64,000 nt of DNA from Rhizodiscina lignyota. Taxonomy: Eukaryota. Under the pieces are notes generated by a model. That model worked only from the letters and a program-made list of their open reading frames with translations, made no database searches and was not told the DNA's origin. The translations under genes and the position numbers were made by a program. The stretch is taken from the NCBI GenBank assembly GCA_010015805.1, contig ML978121.1:3162001-3226000 (forward strand). The letters are read 5' to 3'. This document shows positions 47,864 through 60,709 of this stretch, in pieces. Every line of letters begins with the position of its first letter. Within the stretch, counting starts at the first letter, position 1.

Positions 47864-50800
47864 ATGGCTTCACGGCCTGTCGTGGATACAGGCATCGTCG
47901 AGGCTGCAGTCAACCATATCGCTCTTCCGCCTATCTTGCCTGGGAAAGAAGATGGAAGCCCCAACACGATCAAACGCCTGCTCGTCGACTATATGCTTGG
48001 TTCAACTGCTCAGCTTCAAGCGCTTCGGCCGAATCACTTGCGTAGCGTCTGGGAACAAATCCATGCCGTGGTCCAAGACGCCAAAGATGTCATTTCTAAC
48101 GGCCGACTGCAAAAGGACGCGCTCTTGAAGAAATTCCGCAGTCTAGATCATGGACGGTTTCTTATACTACATGTTACCGAGCAAAATGCAGGATTGCTGG
48201 TTTACCGAGACTTCGAGTTAGTGACCATCAGACCTGAGCTTTAACTTTGTCTAACATTCACGGTGCAGGAATCCGGACGAAGTCACCTTCGAAGGTTTCG
48301 AAGCGGCTGCACCTTGCGAGCCAGTTTTAGCGGCCGAAAATGCTCTGAAGTGGGATTTCCCGACTTACAGCGTCTCAATTCCAAGCAAAACATTCGACGA
48401 CGACGAGTTCCAAGATCAACTTGCGACATTTCTCGAACATGCGAGTCTAGAATCCATCAATAGATTTGCTGCGCATACCGGCAACTCAACAGCCTGGGTG
48501 TCGGAAATACGTGATACTACGGATCCTTCCCTTATCACAAACCTCTTGATGACCCTGCTCGAAGCCCTCGGTCATCAGAGAACATCCCCATTGTTGCGGA
48601 AGCGTGTTCGAGACGAAGTCTTCTGGAAGAAAGGCATGGGCAAGCCGTGGCGTCGAAGTCCTTACTGGCTAGTCTTGAAAGTTGGCATTCAAAGATTCTG
48701 TTACCAGAGATTCGGTGGTGGCCATGGTCATGCTTACTACAAGTTCCTTATCTGCGGTGCATTGGCCCATCTTCTTGCAAACGATGGTCGCCGTCTCAGA
48801 ACAGAGCTTCGGGCCTTGCTCAACGTTAAGCTTGCGCGGCGGCTTGCGAAAATCGAGGTGGACAAAGACAATGCTCCCCTCTGCTTCAAGCCTGTGTATG
48901 AATCGCTTTTCTCAGAGCTTGGAAATTTCTTCCAAGAGGTGCTGGGCCGAACACGCAACGATTTAGAGACGATCTGGTCGAGCATTCGGGGCATCGTTCG
49001 CCCTCCAAGTTACCTACCACGCCGTGCGGACACGAGAGACCTCACTTTGACGCTCCACAATAGTATGCCGTATATCCGGGCCATTTTCTCATGGGCTCCC
49101 GAATTTGATCAACTTCGGGTCCATCCCGTCAACTTAACGAAGGCGACGACAACTGCAGCTACAAAATTCGCACATCGTTACTTTGAGCTCACCGCACAAG
49201 AGATGGAAATAGAAGTCGACGTCATAGCGCCGATGGAGGTTACGGAGGAGAATTGTATTGCTCTTGCTGATCAAATTGAGCAATACCTGGACGATGTGGG
49301 CGAGGCGTACAATTACGATCCTTTGCAAAAGAGTGCGATGCTTCTCACTGTCATGCAACTGTGGGTCATCCTGGACCAAATCGCGACTGGATTGTATGAA
49401 CTGCTTCTTGAGTTCAACCCTGGTTGCGTCCCGTCACTCTTCGACGTTCTTCTGGCACCACATCGCCAGGATATGCATCGACTTCAAGCAATTCAGAACT
49501 ACATCAAAGAGCGCCTGAAACAATGCAAATATCCGAACGAAACTATCTTCGACAGCCTCTCTTTTGCAGAGCGCTATTTTGATTGCTCCCCTAGCGCACC
49601 CAAGCTTCAATCACTGTTCGCTGAAATCACTGCACTGGGCGATGCTGGACGAGTACGCAAAGAGCAAGAGTGGCGAGCCATGAATGACGAATACAACTCA
49701 ATTATGGCACAAAGTCAATTCGCAAGCTGCACCTGCTTACCACACTCTTATGGCTGTGTGAAATGTGGTCTCGAAGCCCAGGCTAGACGCATGAGGATCA
49801 ATGTCCATGAACATCCTCTACCCTCTCGCCCTACGGAGGCGAAAGCTGTGATTTTCGAAATGTGCGCCCCGGAGGCATTTCAAGCATACCGAAACACAAC
49901 TTGGCGGATCTTTGGCACACTCACGAGAGAACTACAATCTGTCACCGATCGTCAAGTCTATTTCCTTCGAGATTACTCTGCACTAAAAGATCTCAAAGAG
50001 TCTTCGATGGATGGCATCTGTCTTGCGTCCGTGAAAAAATCATGGATCGACTCTCACTACAGACAAGTCAACTTTCCCGTTCCATTGTCCGAAGTTTGCT
50101 TGCCAAACAGATTCGAGTTTGGTCTTTATGACTCGAAAACCAAAGTTTGGACAGCCAATTTTATTGACTTCGCTAAGCTCTCTCATCACGTTGCTGTCAA
50201 GCTGCCCGGAAAGTCTCCCTTCAGGGCCTTGTACACCTTGCCTCAGTTTGCGCCGGATTCAAATGGTCGAACGTCCAACGAAATCATTGCGAGCCAAACT
50301 GAGTGTCCAGCGACTATGAGCACGCATGAGTTTACCACATTTCAATCTCTGCAGAGTGGAAAATTTCGGCGCTGGGTCTATCTTCTCATCGAACTCGGCT
50401 GCCAAAACATAAATTTCAGTAACGAGGCCTGCGTATCGGTGACTAACATGCTTGTGGATCAGGCTGGCCCAGAATGGCATGACGACCTGCGCCGTAAGGT
50501 CCACCATGTTTTCAAAGACGCAAATTTCTGCAACCGGCTCTTGGAACAGCTCCGTCTCCGTCTTGAGAACATTTCATCCAACTGGCGAGAATACCAGCAA
50601 ATGGAACTTATCATTTCGATCCTGCTGAGAACGGTCCACCTTGGGCCTACCTCTGTAATGACAGACGCAATGCGTTTGTTGCTCAGCGTACGCAGCACCA
50701 CACTTGAATGGGCACGCCTTCTGCGGAAAGAAATCCAAATGTGTACGGATATGAAGTCTTCTCAATCATGCTCCTCCTATGGGTTCTGGGCAGCTTTACT

Positions 50801-53800
50801 CTGCAAGAGGACATTTTCGGTATACGTCGGTCACGAAATTATCGAACATGAGGAACTCTGCCAGTATTTCGAATGCTCAATCGCCCTTCAAGACAACCTC
50901 ACCGCAGATCCAGACAATCTGCCCTCTTTCTCTAAGCACGCACTCGTTCGAGACCTCAAAACGACCTTCCGGATGCGGAACCTGCTCAGACGATCTCTTG
51001 GAAATAGCCTCACCGCTCTTTCGGAAGCAGTTGATAGCATATGGCCCCGAGATCGTTCAAACGCAGAGCGCACCTATTCGAGCCTCAGTTTTCTGGATTC
51101 ACCACAGGAATGGTGGGTCCATGCCACGATCAAGGCGACTTCTCGGACACGCGCGCAATTGGTGCATTACCATTTGCTTCATGGAACACTTCTCATTGAC
51201 GGTATGCCGTTGGGAAAACTCCCGCCGGATATCCGCAATGCGCCAGTCGTGAAGCAGCTCTTCGGAGACCAGAATTTGATGATTTATCCCTCAAGCCTGC
51301 ATGGTATGAGCCACATGCTTGCCTTGGACAATCATGGACACCAGATACATCTGGGCTTCCGTAACGGAGATCTTGTTCTTAGGGCACAGCACTATGGGTC
51401 GCTTCTGGAATTCATTCAAGCAGACAAATTTGGCACGCCGACGGACTTTGATCTTCCGGAGAATTTGATTTCGAACTGCCATCACTGGCTAGACCTCCAC
51501 ACTGGCGTTATTGAAATTCGTCAAGGCCCCGAGCACTGGAAACCCAAGGCTGGAAATTGGAAGCTGGATGTTCACAAGCGTGTCGCACAACGCCGAGAAA
51601 GCATTCTCGTCGATCCACGAAGCAGGACATTCGATAGAGTCGCATCCGCGTTCAAACATTTCGAAGACCGCTATCAGCTCACTGTCTTCATGCCCAAATC
51701 GAGACTGTCTGTCGAACTACGACGTCTAGAATTGCAGTTCTTTGTCAACGAAAGAAATCTCTTAGAATGCCGTCAGTTGAGCGCAGAGATTGATGAAGAT
51801 CAAGACGCTGGTACATTCTATGGACTGATGTCCATGCTGGTCCTCAGAGAGGTAGTTCGCGGCCATGGGCAGAGCATCGTCAATAAAAATCGAAGAAGTA
51901 TCCTCACGCCGCTCGGTCCTCCGGACGGTTGCACTCGCCGAGGGGATCATGTTTCGGTTATTTTGTCAAATCGTGGGTCCTACGGGATCTACACAATCAA
52001 TCAATCTCTCGGACGTCTTGAGTGTGCACCGGAGCCGCGCTTATTATACCACAAGGCATATCTTCATGCCGTTACCTCCTTCATCTTGCCTGACCCCTTG
52101 ACTGGTTTCACTGGAAGCGAAATGGCCTTCCGGGACCTACAGAGCGGACAGTTCCAGCCATGGGCGCCCCTCTCTCCAACTTGCCTGACTATTTTGAACG
52201 AAATCAGAAGTCTGAGCCCGAAGCGCCAGTACTACCCACGCGATAGGCGCACAATGCAAGTTGTTGAATGGAATCAATATCTGAGCACTGCGGTGCAGCG
52301 TGACGAACTCAGCTTCCTGGTGCAAGACATCGTGAAGAAATCTGAGACTTTGTCCAGATTTCATCTAGGCCAAGTCGAATATTCCAACCCGAACTCACCT
52401 TCAGAAGCGCATCTAACTCGACGGGCTGGTTTTCGACGTCGACTTTTCGAGCGTATTGACTCTGCTTTTGACCCTGGATTTGGGAAACCCCCAGACATGG
52501 AATACGTTTCGAGGGGACGCCGCACAGCCACGCAGGCACGCAAAAATGTCTATGAAGTCGTGTCAATTCTGCGCAGCTGGCCCTCGGCCTTGCTAACTCC
52601 CACTGATTTCGCGGGTATCCTTCAGCGATATCCCACGATAGGTGGATTTGTCGCCCCATTTTCGCCAGTTTTGCTTTCGGACACTTTGGAAGCCCAACAT
52701 GGCATCCGTTTCGGAGAATTAGTCGAACTGTGCCGCAGCTGCGGCATCTCTGATGTCTACAGACTGATGTTTTTAACGGCACTGTTATCTTTCCGTAATG
52801 ACGTGGACATGGACGTTATGCGAACATTCATTGCCTTTGCGATCTTCCAAGACCTCAAGGATGTAATTCCCCCGCCGTGGTCTTCGTACACGCACTTCCG
52901 GGCAGACAGTGGCCCTTCCTTTGATTATCTTGTTCAGATGATGAAACCATCTGCAGCTCAGTATGCTGGCGATACCGGCGGTTTGGGCGAGTTTCTTGAC
53001 CAGAAGACGAAGAAGAGACTTCGGAAGGAGAGGGAACAACATGAGACTCTTGTGCAGCAAGAATGTGAAACGCTCGCCAAAGCTTTTCTCCAGCAATGGC
53101 CCAGCGCCGAAATCGACAGTTCGAGCGTTCCTCGGATGTCTACGCTTGATGTTTCTCGAATTAAAGACGTTGTTCAGCCCGAGTGGACCCGACTCTTCCA
53201 CAATCGACAGCTTTCGAATTATGTACAGCACATTCAGAAATCCCTGGACAAGTTTCGGACAGAGGAGCAACTGAGCTTCCCCATGTTCGAGACGACTGAC
53301 CCAGAGGTTTTCCCGAGTCATTTGGAAGGGCAAGACATCCCAAAGCTTTCAGTAGAGCTCGTTCGAAAGCCATTCTCATCTCCATCGAACGGTCATTCAC
53401 GCACAACGGCTTTGGCCATTCATAAGACTGGCATACCAAAAGAGAATGACCCACCTGTCTTGTCGTTCCCGGTCCAGATCAAGCCGAAGGCAAACGAAAT
53501 TCTCAATGGACCTTCTTTCCAGACCAGGCAGAATTGGGATGAGTTGAAGACGATTATTCTGAAGGTAATGAACTCACCTTCCAGCATCCGACAGCAGTAT
53601 GGGGAAGACCTTCTGCAAAGTCTCGAAGACCTCAAGGCTATACACATAGTACCGAAGGTCACTTCCCAGCAGACAGATCTAGACTTTCGCCAATTGCAGC
53701 AAAGACTCGTAAGCCGTTTCAGAGACATTAACATGGCATTCGAAGCCAACGACCCGAGAGCCAAATGGCTGAAGCCTGGTCTGCTCTGGCCACCGCTTAG

Positions 53801-56800
53801 TCTAATCTCTATCCTTGAAACTCTTCGAAGCACCTGGAAATGCTCCTTCGGCTCGAACATGAAAAATGCGGTGACTGATCTTGCTGTTACGGTTACTCAG
53901 CTGCAGCGAGCATTGCGACTGGAAGATGCGAACCTGAAGAAGAATCGCCAGAGAATTGAAGAAGAACAGAAAAACAAAGGCCATACAAATTGGAAACCTA
54001 TGGAGAAGCCTGACTGGGTTCTTTTAGAAATTGACGCTGATATGATGATACGCCCAGAGCAAGTTGAAGTGGCAATTGCCACAATCAGTCCTGAAAGCGG
54101 AGATGCCTCGCTTCTCCAAATGAACATGGGGCAAGGAAAGACTTCTGTCATTATGCCAATGGTTGCCGCTGTGCTTGCTGATTCAAAGCGTCTTCTGCGG
54201 CTTATAGTGCCAAAGGCACTACTTCAGCAAACGTCGCAGCTCCTTTCCGTCCGGCTTGGGTGTCTTCTTGGCCGTGAAATTCGACATGTCCCATTCTCTC
54301 GCAAGACTTCCAACGACAACAATACCATCAAATCATTCTTTGAGATCCATCGCGATATTCGCGCAAAGTCTGGAGCAATCATTGGTTTACCCGAGCATCT
54401 ACTGAGTTTTATGCTCAGCGGGCTTCAAAGACTGGCGGATGGCCGAGTTAACGAAGCGAGAACCTTAATTGGTGTCGAATCATGGATGAGACGATGGGCC
54501 CGAGACGTATTAGATGAATCCGACCATATACTCTCTGCTCGAACGCAGTTGATCTACCCTTCAGGCTCGCAAAAGACTCTCGATGGACACCCCCACCGCT
54601 GGGAGACGGTACAATCGTTGCTGGGACTCGTAGCAGGGCACTATTTCAACTTGAAAAAGGCATTTCCTTTCAGCATGGAGGTCATAGAGCGGCGGAACGC
54701 ATTCCCTATGGCTTACTTCCTGCGGCCCGATGCGGAGCAAGCTCTTCTCGGTCGCTTAATAAACGATGTACTCTCCGGCCAGGTTCCCACCATCCCAATC
54801 CAGCAATGTTCGAGGGAACAGAGATCCTCAATTCGCCGTATTATCTCGAACCCAGTCGTAGCTCCCGTCGACGCTGAGCGGGTTCGCAATCTGTTCCCAG
54901 ACAAGCCTTCTATCAAGCAATCTGTGTACTTGGTTCGTGGCCTGCTTATTCACCGCATTCTCTTGCTGGCATTGAAAAAGCGCTATAATGTCCAGTATGG
55001 CATTGACCCGCGCCGTGACCCTGTCGCCGTGCCCTTCCACGCTAAAGGAGTTCCCTCAGACCAGGCAGAGTGGGGCCATCCTGATGTCGGCATTCTCTTC
55101 ACCTGCCTTAGCTTCTACTATGGAGGGCTCAGTAGCAATCAGCTGCGCCAAAGCCTTACCCACATATTGCAGCTGGACGATCCCGCATCAGAGTACGACA
55201 TGTGGACGCAGAGCTCCCCACACCTTCCCGAGTCTCTTCGCGACTTTAATCTGCTAAATCTCGACGACGAGGCGCAACTTAAAGCTCTTTGGACTCATTT
55301 CCGCTACAATGTTCCAGCTATCAACTGTTTTTTGAACGAATATGTGTTTCCAGTCCACGCCAAACAATTCGCCGTCAAGATTCAAGCCTCAGGCTGGGAC
55401 ATCATTCTTCGGCCACTGGACAAACAGCAAAATGGCTCCTCAGGACCGCTAACCACTGGCTTCAGCGGAACGAATGACGCTCGTTTGCTACTACCAATGA
55501 CGGTCGCCCAGCGTGACCTGAAGGGCTTGTCACATACAAATGCTGAGGTTTTGTCGGTACGTACATGTATTTCTCTTAACTTATATAACAGTTCTTCTAA
55601 CAATTTTCTTTTCTTGCAGTATCTATTTGAGCCGAGGAATCGGGGATATATGCTTGCCTCCTCGCGCTTGGGAAAACGACTGAGCGAAATAGAGCTCCTC
55701 GCAGTTCTCAAAAACGAGAGAATCCGAGTCCTCATCGATGCGGGCGCTCAAATACTGGAGATGGACAACGTGACTCTCGTACGAAACTGGTTGAAGGTCG
55801 ACACTGAGCCACCGGCAGCCGTATACTTCAATTCGGAGAACAAGCTATATGTATACTATCGTGGCGGGAATATATGTCCACTTGCTGCAACACCATTCGC
55901 AGAGAATCTGAGCGATTGTCTCATCTATCTAGACGAATCGCATTGCCGAGGCACGGATTTGAGGCTTCCTGCGAATGCGAAAGGTGCTTTAACACTGGGG
56001 ATCGGACTGAGTAAGGATTCCGCCGTACAAGCCGCGATGCGCCTTCGACAACTTGGTACGACGCAATCTCTCTCCTTCCTGGTGCCCCCTGAAGTTCATC
56101 AGAGCATTCTGGACGTCTGCAAGAAGTCTCGCAGTGACTGGATCGACTCGGCTGACGTGGTGCATTGGTTGTTGGAGCAGTCATGCGTTGGAATTGAGTC
56201 ACTTCAACCTCTTTTCTTTGCGCAAGGCTCAGACTACTGTCAGCGCATGCAAGCGGCGAAGGACTTCGCCGCGTTCCTGGACGACGAGAGTGATCGTGAA
56301 GCTTATTTAGCTATCTTACGCCAACCAGAGCGCCAGACCATTCAGAAGCTTTATCAGCCGAAGACTACCAAAAAGGCCACAAAAGATCTTGCCATTACCG
56401 ACGCTGACCTTAAAAGTTTCATGGATGAACTGCACGTTCGACGCAAAGGGTTCCATGATTCTGGAAATACTGTCCAGAGTTCCGCATTGCAAGAAGTGGA
56501 ACAAGAACGCGAGGAGGAGCGTGAGACAGAGGCTGTCCGCGAAGTGCAGAGGCCGGTTCCTTTTGCTCCTCACGGTTTCGGTGGAGTGCACAAGGATATC
56601 TTAGAATTCTGCAAGACCGGCTATCTCGTTGCTAACTCACAATCCTATGACAGGTGTCTAGAAGCTCTCCGTCGAGGTACAGCTCTCGGTGTCAAGCATG
56701 GGATTAACATCGCTGCGGATAAGTCTAGGCTCTTTGTGTCTCGCGAATTCATGCAGACCGTCAAGATCCCCGGCGATCGCCTAAATGACGACTTTTTGCG

Positions 56801-57584
56801 CTCTACCCACTGGATTCTCTGGAGCGAAATTTCTCAGACTGCGTTGCTCCTGGTTCCGGAGGAAACGGAAGTTATCATGCGCCTGTTAAAGGAGTGGAAG
56901 AACCCGCAGACGCACCTCCTTGCCTATTCTGCGCCAACGACTAGGAAGACCATGCAGTTCAACAATCTGAACTACTATGCCACTCCTCCGCTGCCAGATG
57001 GCTGGAAAGCTCCTCTTTGGCTCAAGATTCAGGTTGGCTTGTTCGCGGGAGCTTCGTACTTCTCTTACGAAGAGTATGAAGCTCTACTGGAGATTTTGGG
57101 TCTGAACAAGGATACGCTACAGTCGTCGGATTCAGAGGAAGACGGTGACGCCGGTGCAACAAGGACAGACGGTGTCGTCGCAGCCAGCGACGCACAGCCA
57201 AAGTTGACCTTCACGGCAAAGCCAACTGTGTTTCTTGGAGAGTGGCTGGCCATACGTCGCAGGGGACAAGAAAGCAAGCAAACACCCATGGGATTCTTGG
57301 TGCAGCACAAGCCTCTTCACGAAGATCACCATTTCTTCGCACCACCAGGTGTGAGCACGACAACGAACGCGAGTAAGGTAAAGAAGTCGGCGGCTAAGGG
57401 CCCGAAGCTCGCTGTAGATGTTGCCGAAAACGAGGAGAGCGAGGATGACGATGTGTTCTATGACGCTGAGGCGTTTCCGGAGGATGATGATGTTGAGGAT
57501 GAGGATGAGAAGGCAGATCATTTCGACGAGGAGGCTCACAAGCTGTGGAGCAGTGATCTTCCGGATGAGGGTAAACAGAAATAA
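47864..57584 (+). CDS. Giant (~3200 aa) DUF6606/DUF3638/DUF3645-type P-loop protein
   Basis: NHIALPPILPGKED, LHVTEQNAGLL, RDTTDPSLIT, PWRRSPYWL, KPDWVLLEIDADMMIRPEQ, QMNMGQGKTSVIMP, DVLDESD, AVPFHAKGVPSDQAEWGHPDV, TGFSGTND. Intron 48217-48268 joins ORF 47864; a second in-frame intron lies at 55557-55619. Confidence 0.9.
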
Positions 57585-58697
57585 ATTGCATGTCTAGGCT
57601 AGCATGGTCGAGCTTATGCCTCGGAGTTAGTTCGAAACAGGAATATGTGTGTATTCTTCTCATTCCTTTTCACTTCACCATGGCAGATATGGTATTGAAA
57701 TAGATTCGTGACTGTGATGACGATAAATCCGCCTATTTCTTTCCATCCCACATGGCAGACCTTTCGCTGACGCACTTTATTACGCCTCGAGCGGCTGACT
57801 GAGAAGCTGCATTGCTGGAAGCTCTGAGTGACGGAGACGGCCAGTGAAAATTTCCGTTCCACAAAGTGCTATTCGACGGAAACAAGACTCTTAAAAGGAA
57901 TATTTACAGTTTCTTCAATTGACTTTACAGTGAAGACTCTTGAATTCAGAGATAGTGATTGAAGCCGTCACAGATACATAAGGGAACCAGGTACTACTAA
58001 GGCGACTTGGGGGACCAACTGTTGGCAGTCTCGCTCTAGACACCATGTACGGCTGGCTTCCTTTATGGTCAACCGTGGACCGGATTTATTCGAATACTTT
58101 TATCCCCAGGCTCATGTTCTACGTCGAACGTTTGATACTTTCATGCCGTGAGTGTTCGCGCCCAAGGATGCATAAGCTTCAACTTAAAGTTACGCCGCTC
58201 CCCTGTGTTCATCTACCTGTCCGGCAGTAATTATAATCTCCGTCAGCAATTTCTTATGTCCGAAGAACGGGGCTGAATTGAAATACAAGGGAATATCCAA
58301 AACTATGTGTAATTGGTGTTGTCGTCTCATGGAAAGATGGAGCTAATCCCAATTTGGCAAAGTGTTTGGCAACATACGAAAGTAAGTTAGTAGATAGGTC
58401 GCGCATGGTCGCGACATCAGCCATGAGCCCTCAACCAAAGTCTCCGATCACGAACTCAAGTAGGCAAGTGGTAAGAGCTCTTTCGATATTCCAGCTGAAA
58501 GATAGAAACGCCGACATCAGACCAACGCCAACGCAATGCTCAGGGCCCGACGCGTCGTGACGAACGTGCGGCAGAGTCATGAAATCGATAAAGGGGAGCG
58601 AATGTAAAGGCTGTGGGTTCAGAATTTCATTTTTACGCTTACCTCTTCGTCCTACTTTTTTCAGTTGCCTCCTTTGGGACTAAAGGTCTCATCTGTC

Positions 58698-60213
58698 ATG
58701 TATTTCTTCTGGATATCAGTCGCCTTTGGTTTGGCGACAGCGATGGGCAGAGATGGCGCGGCGTACGGCTCCATACTCGACCAAAGGAGCTACAAGGAAG
58801 AAGACATCATTCGTCGAGACGTGGCAGTCATTGGAGGCGGTGCGTCAGGAACTTACGGGGCCATCACACTGGGTGATATGGGCAAGAGTGTAGTGCTCGT
58901 GGAGCGAGAAAAGAGGCTTGGGGGCCACGAGAATACGTATACAGATCCTGTCACCGGCACTCACATCGACTATGGCGTGCAAACGTATGCCAACATCTCT
59001 GTTAGTCGGGACTTCTTCGCCAGGTTCAACATTCCCGTCACCAATTTCACTTTCCCGGCCGGAACCACAGTCTATGCAGACTTCAAGAGCGGACACGTGC
59101 TTCCGAGGTTTTCGCCAGGAATCAACTTCGCCCCGTACGTCCAGCAGCTTACAAAGTATCCCGATCTTGCGTGGAGTTGGAATATATCGACGCCTGTTCC
59201 GAAGGATCTCCTTCTTCCATTCGGGGACTTCGTGAAGAAATACCATTTGGAGGATCTCGCATTTTCCGTCTTCTCGAATCCGCAGGGCGCCGCCAATCCC
59301 CCATTTCTAGAGCAACTGACAGTAAATGTCCTCAAGATTACGGACGAGTCGTATCTTCAAGGACTTCAGGAAGGCGGCGGTACGTGGGCTGATGTCGACA
59401 GAGCGCTGGAACACCTTGAACATATGCTGATATTCCTTTTGCACCCAGATCTGGTGACCGCAAACCACGACAACGGTGCCTTGTACGCGGCAGCCCAAGA
59501 AGAACTCGGTTCGAACGCGCTTCTTTCTTCGACCGTCATCGCCGCCCATCGGCCATCAGATGATTCCTGTGTCAGTCTCGTCGTCAAAACGCCGCACGGC
59601 TGGAAACTCGTCGTCGCATCGCAATTGCTTGTTAGCATTCCTTTGACAATTCCTAACATGGCGCCTTTTGACCTCGATAACGATGAGCGGGCTCTATTCG
59701 AAAAGTTTCATTACAGCGGATACTACACTGGTATTTTCAAGAACACTGGCCTCTCTAAAGGCACTAGATATGTTAATATTGATCTCGACACTGAATACCA
59801 CATTCCCAACCTTCCTGGCGCATACGATATCACTCCAACTGCTGTCGAGGGTACGTACCTTATAACTCTGGAGTTTTGAACAAGTTACTTAACGAGAAAC
59901 AGGCATATTCTACTATTGGTTCGGGAGCCCCAAAGAGCTGTCCCAAAAGGAAATCGAGGCCGAGATGATTGCTACAGTTCGCCGACTTACCAATTCATCC
60001 GACGAGGTGCCCGAATTTGTCGCCTTTGCCTCTCATTCTCCCTTCAAACTTGAGGTATCCGCAGAGGACATCCAGGACCGTTTCTATGACAAGCTCTTTG
60101 CACTCCAGGGGAAGAGGAAGACCTGGTACACAGGGGCTGCGGTTGAAAGCCATAATTCTGGGGAGCTCTGGAACTTCACGAATGCTTTGCTTCACCGAAT
60201 GGTCGATGCTTGA
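58698..60213 (+). CDS. Secreted FAD-dependent oxidoreductase (flavin amine oxidase superfamily)
   Basis: Signal peptide, DVAVIGGGASG, VEREKRLGGH, IDYGV, LQGKRKTWYTGAAVESHNSGELW. Introns 59380-59448 and 59851-59902. Confidence 0.9.
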
Positions 60214-60709
60214 ATTGAACCCGAAGGCGGTCGCCAGATGTCAGCTAGATCAACCGTGAAGCATTTATCATCATATCTGGAATTCAAAAACGTATCATTA
60301 CTTTCTCAGATGCGCTCCGAGTGTGGAAATTGTCGCAGTTTGTTGTCGCGCGAAATTACCCGTTTTGTAACACACCAGCCACCACAGCCACCGTGTGCAA
60401 TTCGTATGATGCAATAATTTGTGAAGTAAATAGGGAACAACTAGCCACGGAGGAGCAATAAAGCGGATAAGGGACAATGACCTCATAGCAAACATGACTT
60501 TTTGAGCAAATAATAATTGAGGTGGCTCTCCAAACACAGCCACCGTCAGCTGCGCCCCGCCAACCAGGATTGAGTGAACTCTCGGCGCTCAGCTTGGGCA
60601 GCTTGCTTTCTCGAGCTTCAGAACCACCGCTCTTCCTTTCCCTCACTTCAACCTTCTGCATATTGCACCCAACCTTTAACTTCCTCTTCTACAGCTTGAA
60701 CATCTCGCC

